DNA of 53,640 nt from Octopus bimaculoides (Eukaryota): contig NC_068989.1 of the NCBI RefSeq assembly GCF_001194135.2, forward strand, positions 64,339,858 through 64,393,497. The letters are read 5' to 3'. Positions 13,093 to 25,362 of the stretch are shown here, one piece after another. The notes below the pieces were generated by a model. It did not search any database and had not been told where the DNA came from. It saw only the letters and a program-made list of their open reading frames with translations. Every line of letters begins with the position of its first letter. The stretch's first letter is position 1. Both the position numbers and the translations under genes were made by a program.

Positions 13093-13135
<43 letters not shown>

Positions 13136-13491
13136 ATATATGTTGGGTTTCTTTCAGTTTCCATCTACCAAATCCACCCACAAGGCCTTCGGTTGGCCCG
13201 AGGCTATAGTAGAAAGCACTTTCCCAAGGTGCCATGCAGTGGGACTGAACCCAGAACCGTGTAGTTGGGAAGCAAGCTTCTTACCACACAGTCATGCCAT
13301 ATAGAATAAAATAAAAATATTGATTTTTTTTTTAATAATGGAGGTATGGAGGAGTGTGATGAAGACTTTTCTTTGAGTCTTGAAAAACTCAACATTTTAA
13401 TAGGGGCTGTTTTAGTCAAATTTGCTGTAAAATTGAAATTTTTCAAATGGCATTCTTCCTTTAAGTTCTCAGTTTTCTGTTTTATTGCTAG

Positions 13492-13555
13492 TAAAGAAGG
13501 TTTAAGCACAACACAGATCTGTACAGAGTGGCTGGATAGAGCAGGTCTTCCAGAA
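13492..13555 (+). CDS. AOPEP: AOPEP exon: (S)KEGLSTTQICTEWLDRAGLPE
   Basis: ttttattgctag acceptor, gtaagt donor, 64 nt phase 2-0; matches LSVENIYQDWLESSGIPK. Confidence 0.9.
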
Positions 13556-13799
13556 GTAAGTATTTTATTATTTATGTGTGGTAATATTTTGAGGGATTAC
13601 TTCAACAAAACAAACTAAAATGGTTTATTTACATTATCTGGCAAATAAAAGTGTGTGTGTGGACATAGAAGGTGTTTGGGCTAAATTTGACAGGTTGCAT
13701 AAAAGGTAAAGAAAGCACAATATCCCACCCAAAGATAAAAGTGTTTTAAAAAGTAAAAAGATACTGACCAGATTATAGCTGGGAGACAACAGTTAACTC

Positions 13800-14240
13800 A
13801 ATGTAGTCACCCCCAGCTTCCACTATGGTCTCAAAATGGTTCTGGAACCTGGCACATGATTTCACTCTGTGTTCATGAGAAGCTCTTCAATGTCCTCCTT
13901 GATCTTGGCTACCAGCTTGACCTTGGTGTTTCAGGCAGAACAGTTGGTTCCTTTCTCAACTGTGCCCCACTCATAGTAATTCATGGGAATACAATCGGAG
14001 GAATTAGGAGGCCAGAAATTTGGGTTATGAAGTCATAGAAATTCTCCAACTTTTCTGGAGGTATGGCATGGGGCCAAATCTTGCTGCCACACATATGGCC
14101 TTCCAACAGCAATTCCATCCAGCCTGGGTTTGACCACAGGAGGAGCACACCCAAAGACTGTCACACTTTGAAGGAACTTGGGTTTCATGATGCCCATGTC
14201 ACATCTTACAGTCTTTACAGTGTTCACAGAGCATTGAGGA
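13800..14240 (-). mobile_element. Tc1/mariner (maT/DD37D-like) transposase relic
   Basis: VKPRLDGIAVGRPYVWQQDLAPCHTSRK, then WPPNSSDCIP and IVEAGGDY on the reverse strand. Confidence 0.8.
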
Positions 14241-14687
14241 GTAGTAATTTTGTTAGTATTTTTGGCCCCCTGACTGGCTCTTGTGCTGGTGGAATGTAAA
14301 AAGAGCACTCCGAGTGTGGTCGATGCCAGTGCTCCCTGACTAGTTCCCATGCCTGGGGCACATAAAAAGCATCTACTATACTCTCGGAGTGGTTGGTGTT
14401 AGGAAGGGCATCTATGAGAGAGAGAAAGAGAGAGAGATAGAGTGAGTGAGTGAAGGTGTGTGTCATGATGGTTGATGTCTTTTTAGGAACACACACATAG
14501 AAAATGTGACGTCATCATCGTCGTAGAAAATGTTTACGATAGTTGATTTATGGAAAAGATTATAATGTAAAATTTTTGAAATGCAAATATGTAAACGGAA
14601 ATTAAGTTTAGTTTGTAGCTGAAATAGTACTGAATATTTTGGTACCCCATATGTCAAAATTGGTAACTTGGTTTTGGAATGCATAAG

Positions 14688-14732
<45 letters not shown>

Positions 14733-15069
14733 ACAGACTTCTTTCAAACTGAAAATATTATCTCACATTACAATAGAGACATAATACTGAAATAGTGTAA
14801 GAGACAAGGGATTGCTCTGGGCTTGCATTTGGCAAGAAGTTGAAATTTTTTTTTGGCCCATGACACTGTGTGGACCCTAAGTAAGGCATGTGTAAAATTT
14901 GAATGAAATCAGTTGTGTAGTTCTTGAGTTTTAGGGATTCACACAGACAGACACACATTCTCATCTTTATATATATATAGACACACACACACACACACAT
15001 GTAGTTTTTGATGACAGTTTCCAGTAGAAATTATCTTTCTGATGTTTCTATATTATATATATATTGCAG

Positions 15070-15129
15070 CCTTTACTGGGTTACAAAATACCAACAGAAC
15101 TAAGTCTTATCAGTGATGTATGTAATCAG
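15070..15129 (+). CDS. AOPEP: AOPEP exon: PLLGYKIPTELSLISDVCNQ
   Basis: attgcag acceptor, CAG|gtgaga donor, 60 nt phase 0-0; position and length fit PLQRE...ARQVRAE. Confidence 0.8.
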
Positions 15130-15309
15130 GTGAGAACTTCTCTTAACTTTTTACTTTTTTCAACCAATAAAAAGCGAAAATAAACTCTAATATACACGAT
15201 CAGAATAATAAAAATAGTGTTTGATGACTTGGGATGGACTGAAAGTTGGAATTGTTTGCTTTGCTCATTTTGACTGCCATTGGTGAAGATGTATTGTTAG
15301 AGAAAAGGA

Positions 15310-15500
15310 CCCTCACTGCTGAGATACAGAAAAAGATAGAGTCATTGGAAATAAGATGTTATTTCATCTTTGCCCTCTCATATTTGGACTAGATTATGTA
15401 TGGTCATGTCTGTGAATCCATCCAGATTCATGCTGGACCCCATGAAGATTTTCTCACAATGCTGAAGAAAACAAAGCTGAGATTGTATGGTGATGTAGCA
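15310..15500 (+). mobile_element. RTE LINE RT C-terminal relic
   Basis: TLTAEIQKKIESLEIRCY..SY.D and a KLRLYGDV remnant. Confidence 0.6.
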
Positions 15501-15507
15501 AGATAAT

Positions 15508-15548
<41 letters not shown>

Positions 15549-16173
15549 TATCATTGTTTAACATCTATATTCCATGCTGGCATGGGTTGAATGGTTTGAC
15601 AGCAGCTGACCAGGCAGAAGACTGCACCAGACTTCTGTGTCTGTTTCGTCTTTTGTATCTTGCTTGTATGAAGGCAGTTTTTCTCTACTAATTGGTGCCA
15701 TGTAAAAGCACTCATGACAGTACCACATGAAAGCACCCATGCTGGATCCACATAAAAGTATCTATGCTGATGCCATGTAAAAGAACCCGTGCTGATGCCA
15801 ATACACTTTGTAAAGTGGTTGGCACTAGAAAGGGCATTCAGCCATAAGAATCATGCCAAAACAGACAATTGGAGCCTGGGCAGATGTTTGTCAAACCGTC
15901 CAACCCATGCCAGCATGGAAAACATGTTGATGATGATGATCATCATGATGAATTGCCCAGATAATCTCAGTTCATAGAAACTTTTCAAATCACTATATTA
16001 CATAATATGAAATACTAACTTACTAAGATATTTCATGTTGCAGTTTAACCCAGGGTCAGCTTTGCTCAAAGATATTTTGTCCATGGTCGTTTCTGTATTG
16101 AGTGGGTGGTAAACTCCAGAAAAAAACAAGCAAAACGAAACTTGCACTAATTCTCAAATATTCTAATTTTCAG

Positions 16174-16254
16174 GTACAGCTTATTGAAAAGCATTGTGCA
16201 CAAAAGAGTTCAGAACCATTGGAAGATTTAATGGATATCCTCAACTTCAAGCCT
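16174..16254 (+). CDS. AOPEP: AOPEP exon: VQLIEKHCAQKSSEPLEDLMDILNFKP
   Basis: taattttcag acceptor, gttagt donor, 81 nt phase 0-0; fills the expected gap but is poorly conserved. An in-frame alternative AG lies 6 nt downstream. Confidence 0.7.
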
Positions 16255-16299
16255 GTTAGTATACATTGCCTTATTAATTATGTTTTGTTTTGATTTCAT

Positions 16300-16495
16300 A
16301 GGATATACTCTTTTACTTGTTTCAGTCATTTGACTGTGGCCATGCTGGAGCACTGCCTCTAGTCGAGTAAATCGACCCCAGAACTTATTCTTTGTGAGCC
16401 TTGTACTTATTCTATCGGTCACTTTTACCAAACCGCTAGGTTATGGGGACATAAACACACCAGCATTGGTTGTCAAGCAATGCTAGGGGGGACAA

Positions 16496-16530
<35 letters not shown>

Positions 16531-16702
16531 CATATATACGACAAGCTTCTTTCAGTTTCTGTCTACCAAATCCACTCATAAGGCTTTGGTTGGCCCGAGG
16601 CTACAGTAGAAGACACTTGCCCAAGGTGCCATGCAGTGGGACTGAACCCGGAACCATGTGGTTGGTAAGCAAGCTACTTACCACACAACCACTTCTGTGC
16701 CT
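16300..16702 (-). mobile_element. Same SINE family, uninterrupted copy
   Basis: Tail, (CA/TA)n linker and head in reverse orientation; similar copies at 19935-20325 and 43490-43908. Confidence 0.85.
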
Positions 16703-17329
16703 ATGTTAGTAATTCTAAAACAGTTTAGTAATATAAACGTTGAGAATTTTTTTAGTAGGTATATGTAAGATTTTCGTGTATGTGTGAAATATGAAGAAGT
16801 GAGGATTTTGTATCTGTTAGGTTCTCTTCTAGATTATTTGTATAAATCCTAGCAAGGAATTGAATACAACTTCTCTTTCTCCTCCTTTTTTTATGCAAAT
16901 TCCACCAGAACTCCTTGATATAATAGAAAAAAAAAACAAACATTGAACAGCACATCCCATAAATAATAATATCACACTATAAAAAAAAAAAAGAAAATAT
17001 TAAAAAGACGAAAAAATGTAACTTGGTTTAATACACCTTATGCAAGAGATGTTATGACAAGTAGATCTATAGTTTTTTTTTATATGTTAAGTAAGAACTT
17101 TTTGCCTAGTCACAAGTTCCACAGTATTCTTAATAAGTATCTAGTTACTCTACAACACTAAATCTTGTGAATATTATGGAATACTATAGTGTGTGTAAAA
17201 TGAGTAAGTATAGCAATATAATTAACACAAATTCTCTGATTCACCTTACTTATCTAGATAGCACTAAAATAGGTAAGATTCATAATGTGTATGTGTGTGT
17301 ATAATAGCAAATAATATATAATATATATA

Positions 17330-17980
17330 CATGCATATGTGGGTACAAGATGTCACAAATGGTGCAAATAACGTGAAATACATAAGCAAACATGTTAAAT
17401 ACATAAATGAGAAAAAGATGGAAAACAGGACAAGTAAAAACAGAGAAAGGACCCTTCATCAGTTGTCGGCTGTCTCCTCATTTCGAGCATTCAGTGACAA
17501 TATGAGTCTTCAAAGACAGTTGCTCCCATAAATTCTAAAATAAAATTTAAGATTTATGGAGGGTGAAAGTTGGGAACAAAAACATGACAGCGGAGACATA
17601 CAAGGAAACCAAACGAAAACAAGCATGGAGGGTCATTAGACCAGAATGAGTGGAAACTAGTGAATGCTGGGAAAAGCATTTTTTTTTAAATGAGAAAAGA
17701 TAGAAGAGAGAGAGAGAGTGAGAGAAAAACATGTCCGCTCTTTTGAATGTGCATGCAGGAAAAGAAAGATGGTCACTTGAGGAAAAGAAAGATGGACGAT
17801 AATCACGTGTGAGCAATGAGAGAGAGAAAACAGAAAGAGGGGAAAAAAGTGAGAGAGACAGAAAACGGTGAAGGAGTGAGGGGAGAAAAAGGGAATTAGA
17901 GAAGGATGGAGGAAGAAAATAGTATAGAGTAGAGAGTTGCATCAAAATGGTGAAGATAAACTTACTTGGAAATAGATGTG
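17330..17980 (-). mobile_element. Unclassified interspersed repeat, copy 1
   Basis: Reverse complement of about 29880-30400 (shared gtcttcaaagacagttgctcccataaatt core). Confidence 0.7.
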
Positions 17981-18465
17981 TCACGATGCTGGTGTGTTTA
18001 CGTCCCTGTCACTTAGCAGTTTGGCAAGACAGACCGATAGAATAAGTACTAGGCTTACAAAGAATAAGTCCTGGGGTCGATTTGTTCGATTAAAGGCGGT
18101 GCTCTAGCATGGCCGCAGTCAAATGACTGGAACAAATACAAGAATACAAGAAAGAATGGTATGTATTTTCTATAGTATACAATTTCATTTGAATATGCAG
18201 TGTGTGACAAATCAGAGAAATTTGGAAGAAATTTATAGCATTGTTTCTGATTAGAAAGAAAAGCATTCTGCCAGCAAGCAGCATCTTTCCTCAGATTTAG
18301 TGAGTGTTATATTTTTTCATTAAGCTGAAGGTGTTACATATGTTCTCACATAAAAGAAAAAAATGGAATAGTGTTTCTGCATACCATTTTTTTTTTTTTG
18401 TTCTTCGGCTCTCTCTTCCACTCACTGTTTCCTATTTGACTTCTTGCTATCTGACTTGACTTTTG

Positions 18466-18498
<33 letters not shown>

Positions 18499-19078
18499 NN
18501 NNNNNNNNNNNNNNNNNNNNNNNNNNNNNNNNNNNNNNNNNNNNNNNNNNNNNNNNNNNNNNNNNNNNNNNNNNNNNNNNNNNNNNNNNNNNNNNNNNNN
18601 NNNNNNNNNNNNNNNNNNNNNNNNNNNNNNNNNNNNNNNNNNNNNNNNNNNNNNNNNNNNNNNNNNNNNNNNNNNNNNNNNNNNNNNNNNNNNNNNNNNN
18701 NNNNNNNNNNNNNNNNNNNNNNNNNNNNNNNNNNNNNNNNNNNNNNNNNNNNNNNNNNNNNNNNNNNNNNNNNNNNNNNNNNNNNNNNNNNNNNNNNNNN
18801 NNNNNNNNNNNNNNNNNNNNNNNNNNNNNNNNNNNNNNNNNNNNNNNNNNNNNNNNNNNNNNNNNNNNNNNNNNNNNNNNNNNNNNNNNNNNNNNNNNNN
18901 NNNNNNNNNNNNNNNNNNNNNNNNNNNNNNNNNNNNNNNNNNNNNNNNNNNNNNNNNNNNNNNNNNNNNNNNNNNNNNNNNNNNNNNNNNNNNNNNNNNN
19001 NNNNNNNNNNNNNNNNNNNNNNNNNNNNNNNNNNNNNNNNNNNNNNNNNNNNNNNNNATATATATGCATATATTTATG

Positions 19079-19127
<49 letters not shown>

Positions 19128-21158
19128 ATACTTATGTATGTATGTATGTATATATCTGTCATATTCGCACCTTCTTTTTATATGTCACTCTAAATCTATC
19201 AAACCGAATGTGTACCCAATAAAGCAACATCATATCTTATCATTCTAGCAACAAGTTGCATTATCCAACTTTACTTGGGTATATTAACACCTCGAATAAA
19301 TATTATCTCATGAATTCAATATCTTTTTGTTGTAATTGCTATAAAAAAATTGCTGGCAATGTTTAGTTTTTCTTTGGGAATGGTGATGCACTCATAACGG
19401 TTGCTTGCATGCAAAAAAAAAAAAAAAAAAAAAGAAGAAATTAGGCGCACAAAAAATATATAAATAAACAAATGCGCAGGCGTGGTTGTGTGGTATGAAG
19501 CTTGCTTCCCAACCACATGGTTTCTGGTTCAGTCTCACTGTGTGGCACCTGGGGCAAGTATTTTCTACTCTAGCCTTGAGCTGGCATAAGCCTTGTGAGT
19601 AGATTTGTTAGATGGAAACTGAAAAAAGCCTGTCGTATCATCATTATCGTCATCATCATTATCATCGTCATTTAATGTCCGTTGTCCATGCTGGCATGGG
19701 TTGGACAATGTGACCAGAGCTGATTTGAGTCTGATTTGGCATGGTTTCTACAGCTGTATGACCTTCCCAATGCCAACCACTTTACAGAGTATACTGGGTG
19801 CTTTTAAGTAGCACTGCACAGGCACTTTTATGTGGCATTGGCACAGATGCTTTTATGGGGCACTGCACAGGCGCTCTTACATATCACTGCATAAATATAT
19901 ATATATGTATATTTTATTTTATTTATTTATTTTTTGTTTCAGTCATTTGACTGTGGCCATACTGAAGCACCGCCTTTAGTCGAACAAATCGACACCAGGA
20001 CTTATTTTTTGTAAGCCTTGTATTTATTCTATCAGTTTCTTTTGCTGAACCACTATCTTATGGGGACATAAACACACCAACATCGGTTGTCAAGCGGTGG
20101 TGGTGGGGGACGAACACAGACACACAAACATATACACACACACACATATATATATATATATGACAGGCTTTTTTCAGTTTCTGTCTACCAAATCCACTCA
20201 CAAGACTTTGGTTGGCCCCAGGCTATAGTGGAAGACATTTGCCCAAGGTGCCACGCAGTTGGACTGAACCCGGGATCATGTGGTTGGTAAGCAAGTTACT
20301 TACCACACATACACTCCTGCACTTATATATGTATATATCTATGTGTGTGTGCCTTTGTGTTTGTGTTTTTTTCCCATGATTGGTTGACAACCGGTGTTAG
20401 TGTGTTTATGTCCCTGTAACTTAGCAGTTTAGCAAAAGCGACCAATAGAATAAGTACCAGGTTTGAAAAAAAAGAAAAGGAAAATAAGTACTGGGGTTGA
20501 TTTGCCTGACTAAAATGCTTCAAGGCAATGCCCCAGCATGGCTGCTGTCTAATGACTGAAACAAGCTTAAGACAATCAAACAAACAACTATAGAACCCAG
20601 AATATAATTTTACTTTTTTTTAATATTTTCTAAATCAACATGCTTTTTTTTTATTTTCAGGTATGGTGGTGTGGTAAGAAAATTGCTTCCCAGTCATATA
20701 GTTCTGGTTTCTGCCCCACTGTGGTGCACCCTGGGCAAGGATCTTCTACTATCCACTCACAAGGCTTTGGCTGGCCCGAGGCTATAGTAGAAGACACTTG
20801 CCCAAGGTGCCACACAGTGGGACTGAACCCGGAACCATGTGGTTAGTAAGCAAGCTACTTACCACACAACCATTCTTGCGCCTATAATGGAACATTAATT
20901 AATATAAAATTTTAATGGGAGATGGCTTTAATTTAGATCACTTTAAAACAGAAAGTTTGCATTGTACAACCAGAGGCCATCTTAGGCAGATTAGTATCAA
21001 ATTGGCTAAAGATTGTATTATCTCAAAGGAATTAAAATAAAGATTAAACTAGCATTGAAATAATGTGATAATGTGTAATATTTTACATTTTTGAAGCAAA
21101 TTTGAATAAACCAGTTTCTTTTTGTTGTTTTGAACAATTTGTTTTTTTGTCTTTAAAG

Positions 21159-21272
21159 ATATGTCAAGACCAGATTGTGTTGTTTTTGGAATTACTCCTT
21201 GATGTTGCTGTTCCAAAGAATATCCTGGACAATATCCGTGAAAAGTTTGATATTAGTTGTGCTAATCCAGAT
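21159..21272 (+). CDS. AOPEP: AOPEP exon: ICQDQIVLFLELLLDVAVPKNILDNIREKFDISCANPD
   Basis: tttgtctttaaag acceptor, gtatgt donor, 114 nt; matches LLPDQLVLLLEHLL...QDAE of the LTA4H-type C-terminal domain. Confidence 0.92.
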
Positions 21273-21610
21273 GTATGTCCTAAATTTTATCTTTTTAATG
21301 AAAATGTCATATTTTTTTAGTGATTGTTATATCATTAAATATTTGAGGACAGAAAATTGTAATCATATTTATAACAAGTCATCTTAGACATTAACCCTTC
21401 TGCTACCATATTTCTGTTGAAATACTCTGTCTTTATTTCAATCTGGAAAATAATTAGTAGTTTATTAAAATATCTTGTCATTATTAAGTTAGTGTTTGCA
21501 GCATAAATAAAGTTGAAAATTTGATGGAAGAAGGTTTTCATTTACATCACTAAAAAACTGAGCTTGTATCATAGAACCAGGGATTGTGTCTGGCAAATTG
21601 GTATCTAAGT

Positions 21611-21804
21611 CAGCGCTTCTTAAACTTTTTTTATTCATGGCCCCATTTTCCATCACAAGATTTTTCACGACCCCAGGGATTAAGTATACATTTGTGAAAT
21701 AACTTATAAACTGAAATTCAAGTGTTTGAATTTAATTTTCACGACCCCAGCATTTCGCTTCACAACCCCATTTGGGGTCGTGACCCATAGTTTAAGAAGT
21801 GCTG
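21611..21804. mobile_element. hAT (Charlie-type) MITE
   Basis: TIR CAGCGCTTCTTAAACT / AGTTTAAGAAGTGCTG (15/16) with 8-bp TSD atctaagt/atctaaat. Confidence 0.85.
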
Positions 21805-23565
21805 ATCTAAATGGTTAAGGCAGCAAACTGACAGAGTTATCTGATTGCCAGATTGAATGCTGCATTGCAACATTTGGTTTTTCAACTCTCTTCATTCTGA
21901 GTTTGAATCCTACCAAGATCACCCCTTTCAAGAGTTGATAAAGAACCAATAAAGTACTGGAGCTGTTTTTCCCTCTCTCTCTGTCCCTCCTGCCCCTCCT
22001 CTCTCTTCTTCTCAGCTGTGTTGATGGGAACAAAAAAAAAAAGAAGAGTATTCATGTTGTGATTCCCATCAATCCTTTCCTTCACCATCACCTTCTGATC
22101 TCTCTAAGAAAGAAAGAAAAATATTTTAGACATTTAGATATTTAAAGAAGTAGAAAGTTTTACTGATAAAGCCTTTTGTGAGAATATTAATAATGTAAGT
22201 AGAGTAAAAGTGCTTTACTGAGAATGGAAATTGTCTCATTCACTCAATTATCAAAGAATTTATTTCTTGCTCAATGATGTTTACCATTCTTAACTTCAAA
22301 TATTCAGTCTAAATTAGGAACAGAATCAGTGGAGTCCAGTGAGGGTCTGGGTCATCAATATGTTATCAACAGAGGAATTGCATTAAATATACATAGTTAT
22401 CATGAAGAAAAGATAGAGTTCAATGTCTTGAGGTGAACCTCTTTATTGAGGAAGAGAAATGAGTGTTCCTTGTGCTGCAGTTGGAATATATTCTCGTCAC
22501 ATTTCAACTTCAGCTCACAGAACTTTTGCTTTGCTTCTTTGAAAAGGAGTCTGAAGCCCAAAATATCTGCTCTTTTTCCTCTTTATTGTAATGTGATATA
22601 TTTTAACTATATCACTTCTTGGGTTAAGATTAACTTTGTCTTAAACGTTACCAGAACAAAATTGCAGTTCAAGTCCTGCCTAAGTTAACTTTAACTTCTC
22701 ATCCTTTTGGGATTGTTAAATAAATAAGTAGTACCAAAGGTGGTGAATTACCAGAATTGTTAGCATGCTAGGCAAAATGCTTAGTGTCTATCTTTATGTT
22801 CTGGGTTCAAATTCCACTGAGGTCGACTTTGCCTTTCATCCTTTTGGGTTAATAAAGTAAGTACCAGTTGAACACTGGGGTCGATGGAATTGACTTACCC
22901 ACTCCCATGGAATTGCTGGCCTTGTGTCAAAATTTGAAACTAATTAAGTAGTACCACCAGTCAAGTAGTGGGGTTGATTGTTCTTTTTCTTTCTCACTAG
23001 AAGCAATTGGCGTCTAAACCTGGAGAGGATTAGATGCTGCCATGTTTAAATGATCAAAACATGCTGCATGTCATGACAGTGCCCTATGACTACATCAAGA
23101 GAGTTGAGGATTCTAGGAAAGAAGGAAGCTTCCATTGTAGATAAACTAAGTCTTATTTCTACTGGGATTGAGTCTGCGTTCTCCCATCTATTTTGTGTCA
23201 AAAAATTATTAATAGTGTATGTGTTTGTGTGTCTGTGTTTGTTGCCCCAACATCGCTTGACAATCGATGCTTGTGTGTTTATGTCCCTGTAACTTAGCAG
23301 TTTGGCAAAAGAGATCAGTAGAATAAGTACTAGGCTTACAAAGAAGAAGTCCTGGGGTCGATTTGTTTGACTAAAGGCAGTGCTCCAGCATGGCCACAGT
23401 CAAATGACTGAAACAAGTAAAAGAGTAAAAGAGAGTTCTATGCTGAAATTCATTTTAAAAAGATATATTTTTTTTATGTAATTTACATAATTAATTAATT
23501 TTGTTAATCATTTAAAGCAAAATAAATGAATGCATTTTTTTTAAAAATCATACTTTTTATTGCAG

Positions 23566-23652
23566 ATACAGCATAGATGGTGTGAACTCATAATAAAAAA
23601 TAAATATGCTAAATTTTATGGAGATATTAAGAATTTTCTCTTATATCATCAG
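23566..23652 (+). CDS. AOPEP: AOPEP exon: IQHRWCELIIKNKYAKFYGDIKNFLLYHQ
   Basis: tttttattgcag acceptor, CAG|gtaagc donor; matches VRHRWCELIVKHK. Confidence 0.95.
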
Positions 23653-25218
23653 GTAAGCTTAATTAAATCACACATAAACTGCTTTTTCCCCTTGAAATGG
23701 AAAGATTTGGCTGCTATTTCTTGCACACCCTGCTTCCACGTAACAGGTATTTTGGGTCCTTTATCGCAAATAGCTGTTATGTGGTAGCAGGGCATGCTAG
23801 AAATAGCATCCAAACCTTTGGCAGTGAGATATGTTGAATGCACTTGAAAGAAACCTATGGCAAAAAACTATTTCACACCAAGGTTACAAACGGGTCTTTT
23901 ACAAAATATTTACTGTATTTTTGAAGTCATTTTCACTTAAAAATATTTTGCCCATCATAATGGAAAAGGTTAAAGTTTCTTCCCTTTCAGGGTTAAGTTA
24001 TTTTTGAAGTATTTTCCCATTATGCACTGTTTTGGGTATTTATACCCACAAACACCAAATATCTCAATAACTACTGGTTTAATTTACGCGAAACTTGCTT
24101 TATTCCATTCATATTCACATTTCGGGGGCACCTTACTTTCAAAGTATTTTCCCATTATGTGCCGGTTTGGCTGTGTAACATCGCAAGCAAGCAAGCAGGA
24201 TTGAACTTCACTTTAATGTATTATAGATTTAATCAGAAATGCAGAATTTTCCAAAATTTGATATTCTAAACATTCTAATCTAATATTTTGTACAAGCATA
24301 GTAGTGTGATTAAGAAGGTCACTTTCTAGCCATGTGGTCTTGGGTTCAGTCCCACCAAGCAGCATCTTGGGCAAGTGTCTTCTACAAAAGTCCCAGACCG
24401 ATCAGTGCCTTGTGGGTGAAGTTGGTAAATGGAAACTGAAAGAAGCCCATCCTCTGGAAGATTGGAATCAAGGCTCATCACTTGTATGATTGTGTGACAT
24501 TTACAACTATTGTGCAGTGTCAACACACAAGGACCACAAACACACACATACACATATGCATCATCATGCTGCTGCTGATGATATATGTATGTGTGTGTGT
24601 GTGTGTGTAGTCTTCAGTTGACATTGCACAGTAGTTACAAATGTGTCATTGTCATACAAGTGGTGACCTTTGTTTCCAATCTTCCATGAAAATGTGTCCA
24701 ACCATGGGGAAATAATACCTTGCTTAGAAACAGGTGAAGGTTAATGACAGGAAGAGCATCCAGCTATAGAAAAATCAGCCTCAAACAAATCCTTCTGACT
24801 TGTGCAAGCATCTAAAAAGGGCCATTAAATCGATGATGATAATGGTGATGGCTATAGACACTTACAGTGTCATATTTATCTTCCCTGATATTTCAAACTA
24901 GTAGGTTATGGCCATACTGGAGTACAGCAGTCATTACATGAAAATTTAAATCTTTTTTGTTTGAAGTCATAAAAGCAGTAGCACTGGAATAAATAATACC
25001 TAACAATATTTAGTTCCAGCTATATTTGTTCTCAGTTCAAATCCTGTCTCAGTTGTTTTCCGCTTTTCTCTTTTTGAAATTCATAAATGTACCAGTTATA
25101 TATTGGGTTGACGCAGTTAATTATTATAAATTTGTGGCCTTGAACCATTGAAAGAAATTATTCATTTGAGACTGTAATTTTGTGTAATCTGATGTCATAA
25201 CCTTTGTTTATTTTGTAG

Positions 25219-25362
25219 GCAATGAGTACATATTTATATGGTGAAATGGTTTTATCTGGTACCAAGAAACAGACATCCATTGCTAAAGAATGCTTTAAGG
25301 AACTTTTACCATACATGGAAGAAGATTTAAAGGAAACACTTCGCAAGATGATATTTGGTTGA
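25219..25362 (+). CDS. AOPEP: AOPEP terminal coding exon: AMSTYLYGEMVLSGTKKQTSIAKECFKELLPYMEEDLKETLRKMIFG-stop
   Basis: ttattttgtag acceptor, TGA at 25360-25362; matches AMGVYLYGELMVS...LARRCF...EMLF. Confidence 0.95.
   Translation, partial: AMSTYLYGEMVLSGTKKQTSIAKECFKELLPYMEEDLKETLRKMIFG

Noticed and set aside
21273-25218. Intronic microRNA cluster like vertebrate miR-23b/27b/24-1 in AOPEP
   Set aside because: Those families are vertebrate-specific as far as I know, and I saw no matching mature sequence or pre-miRNA hairpin.
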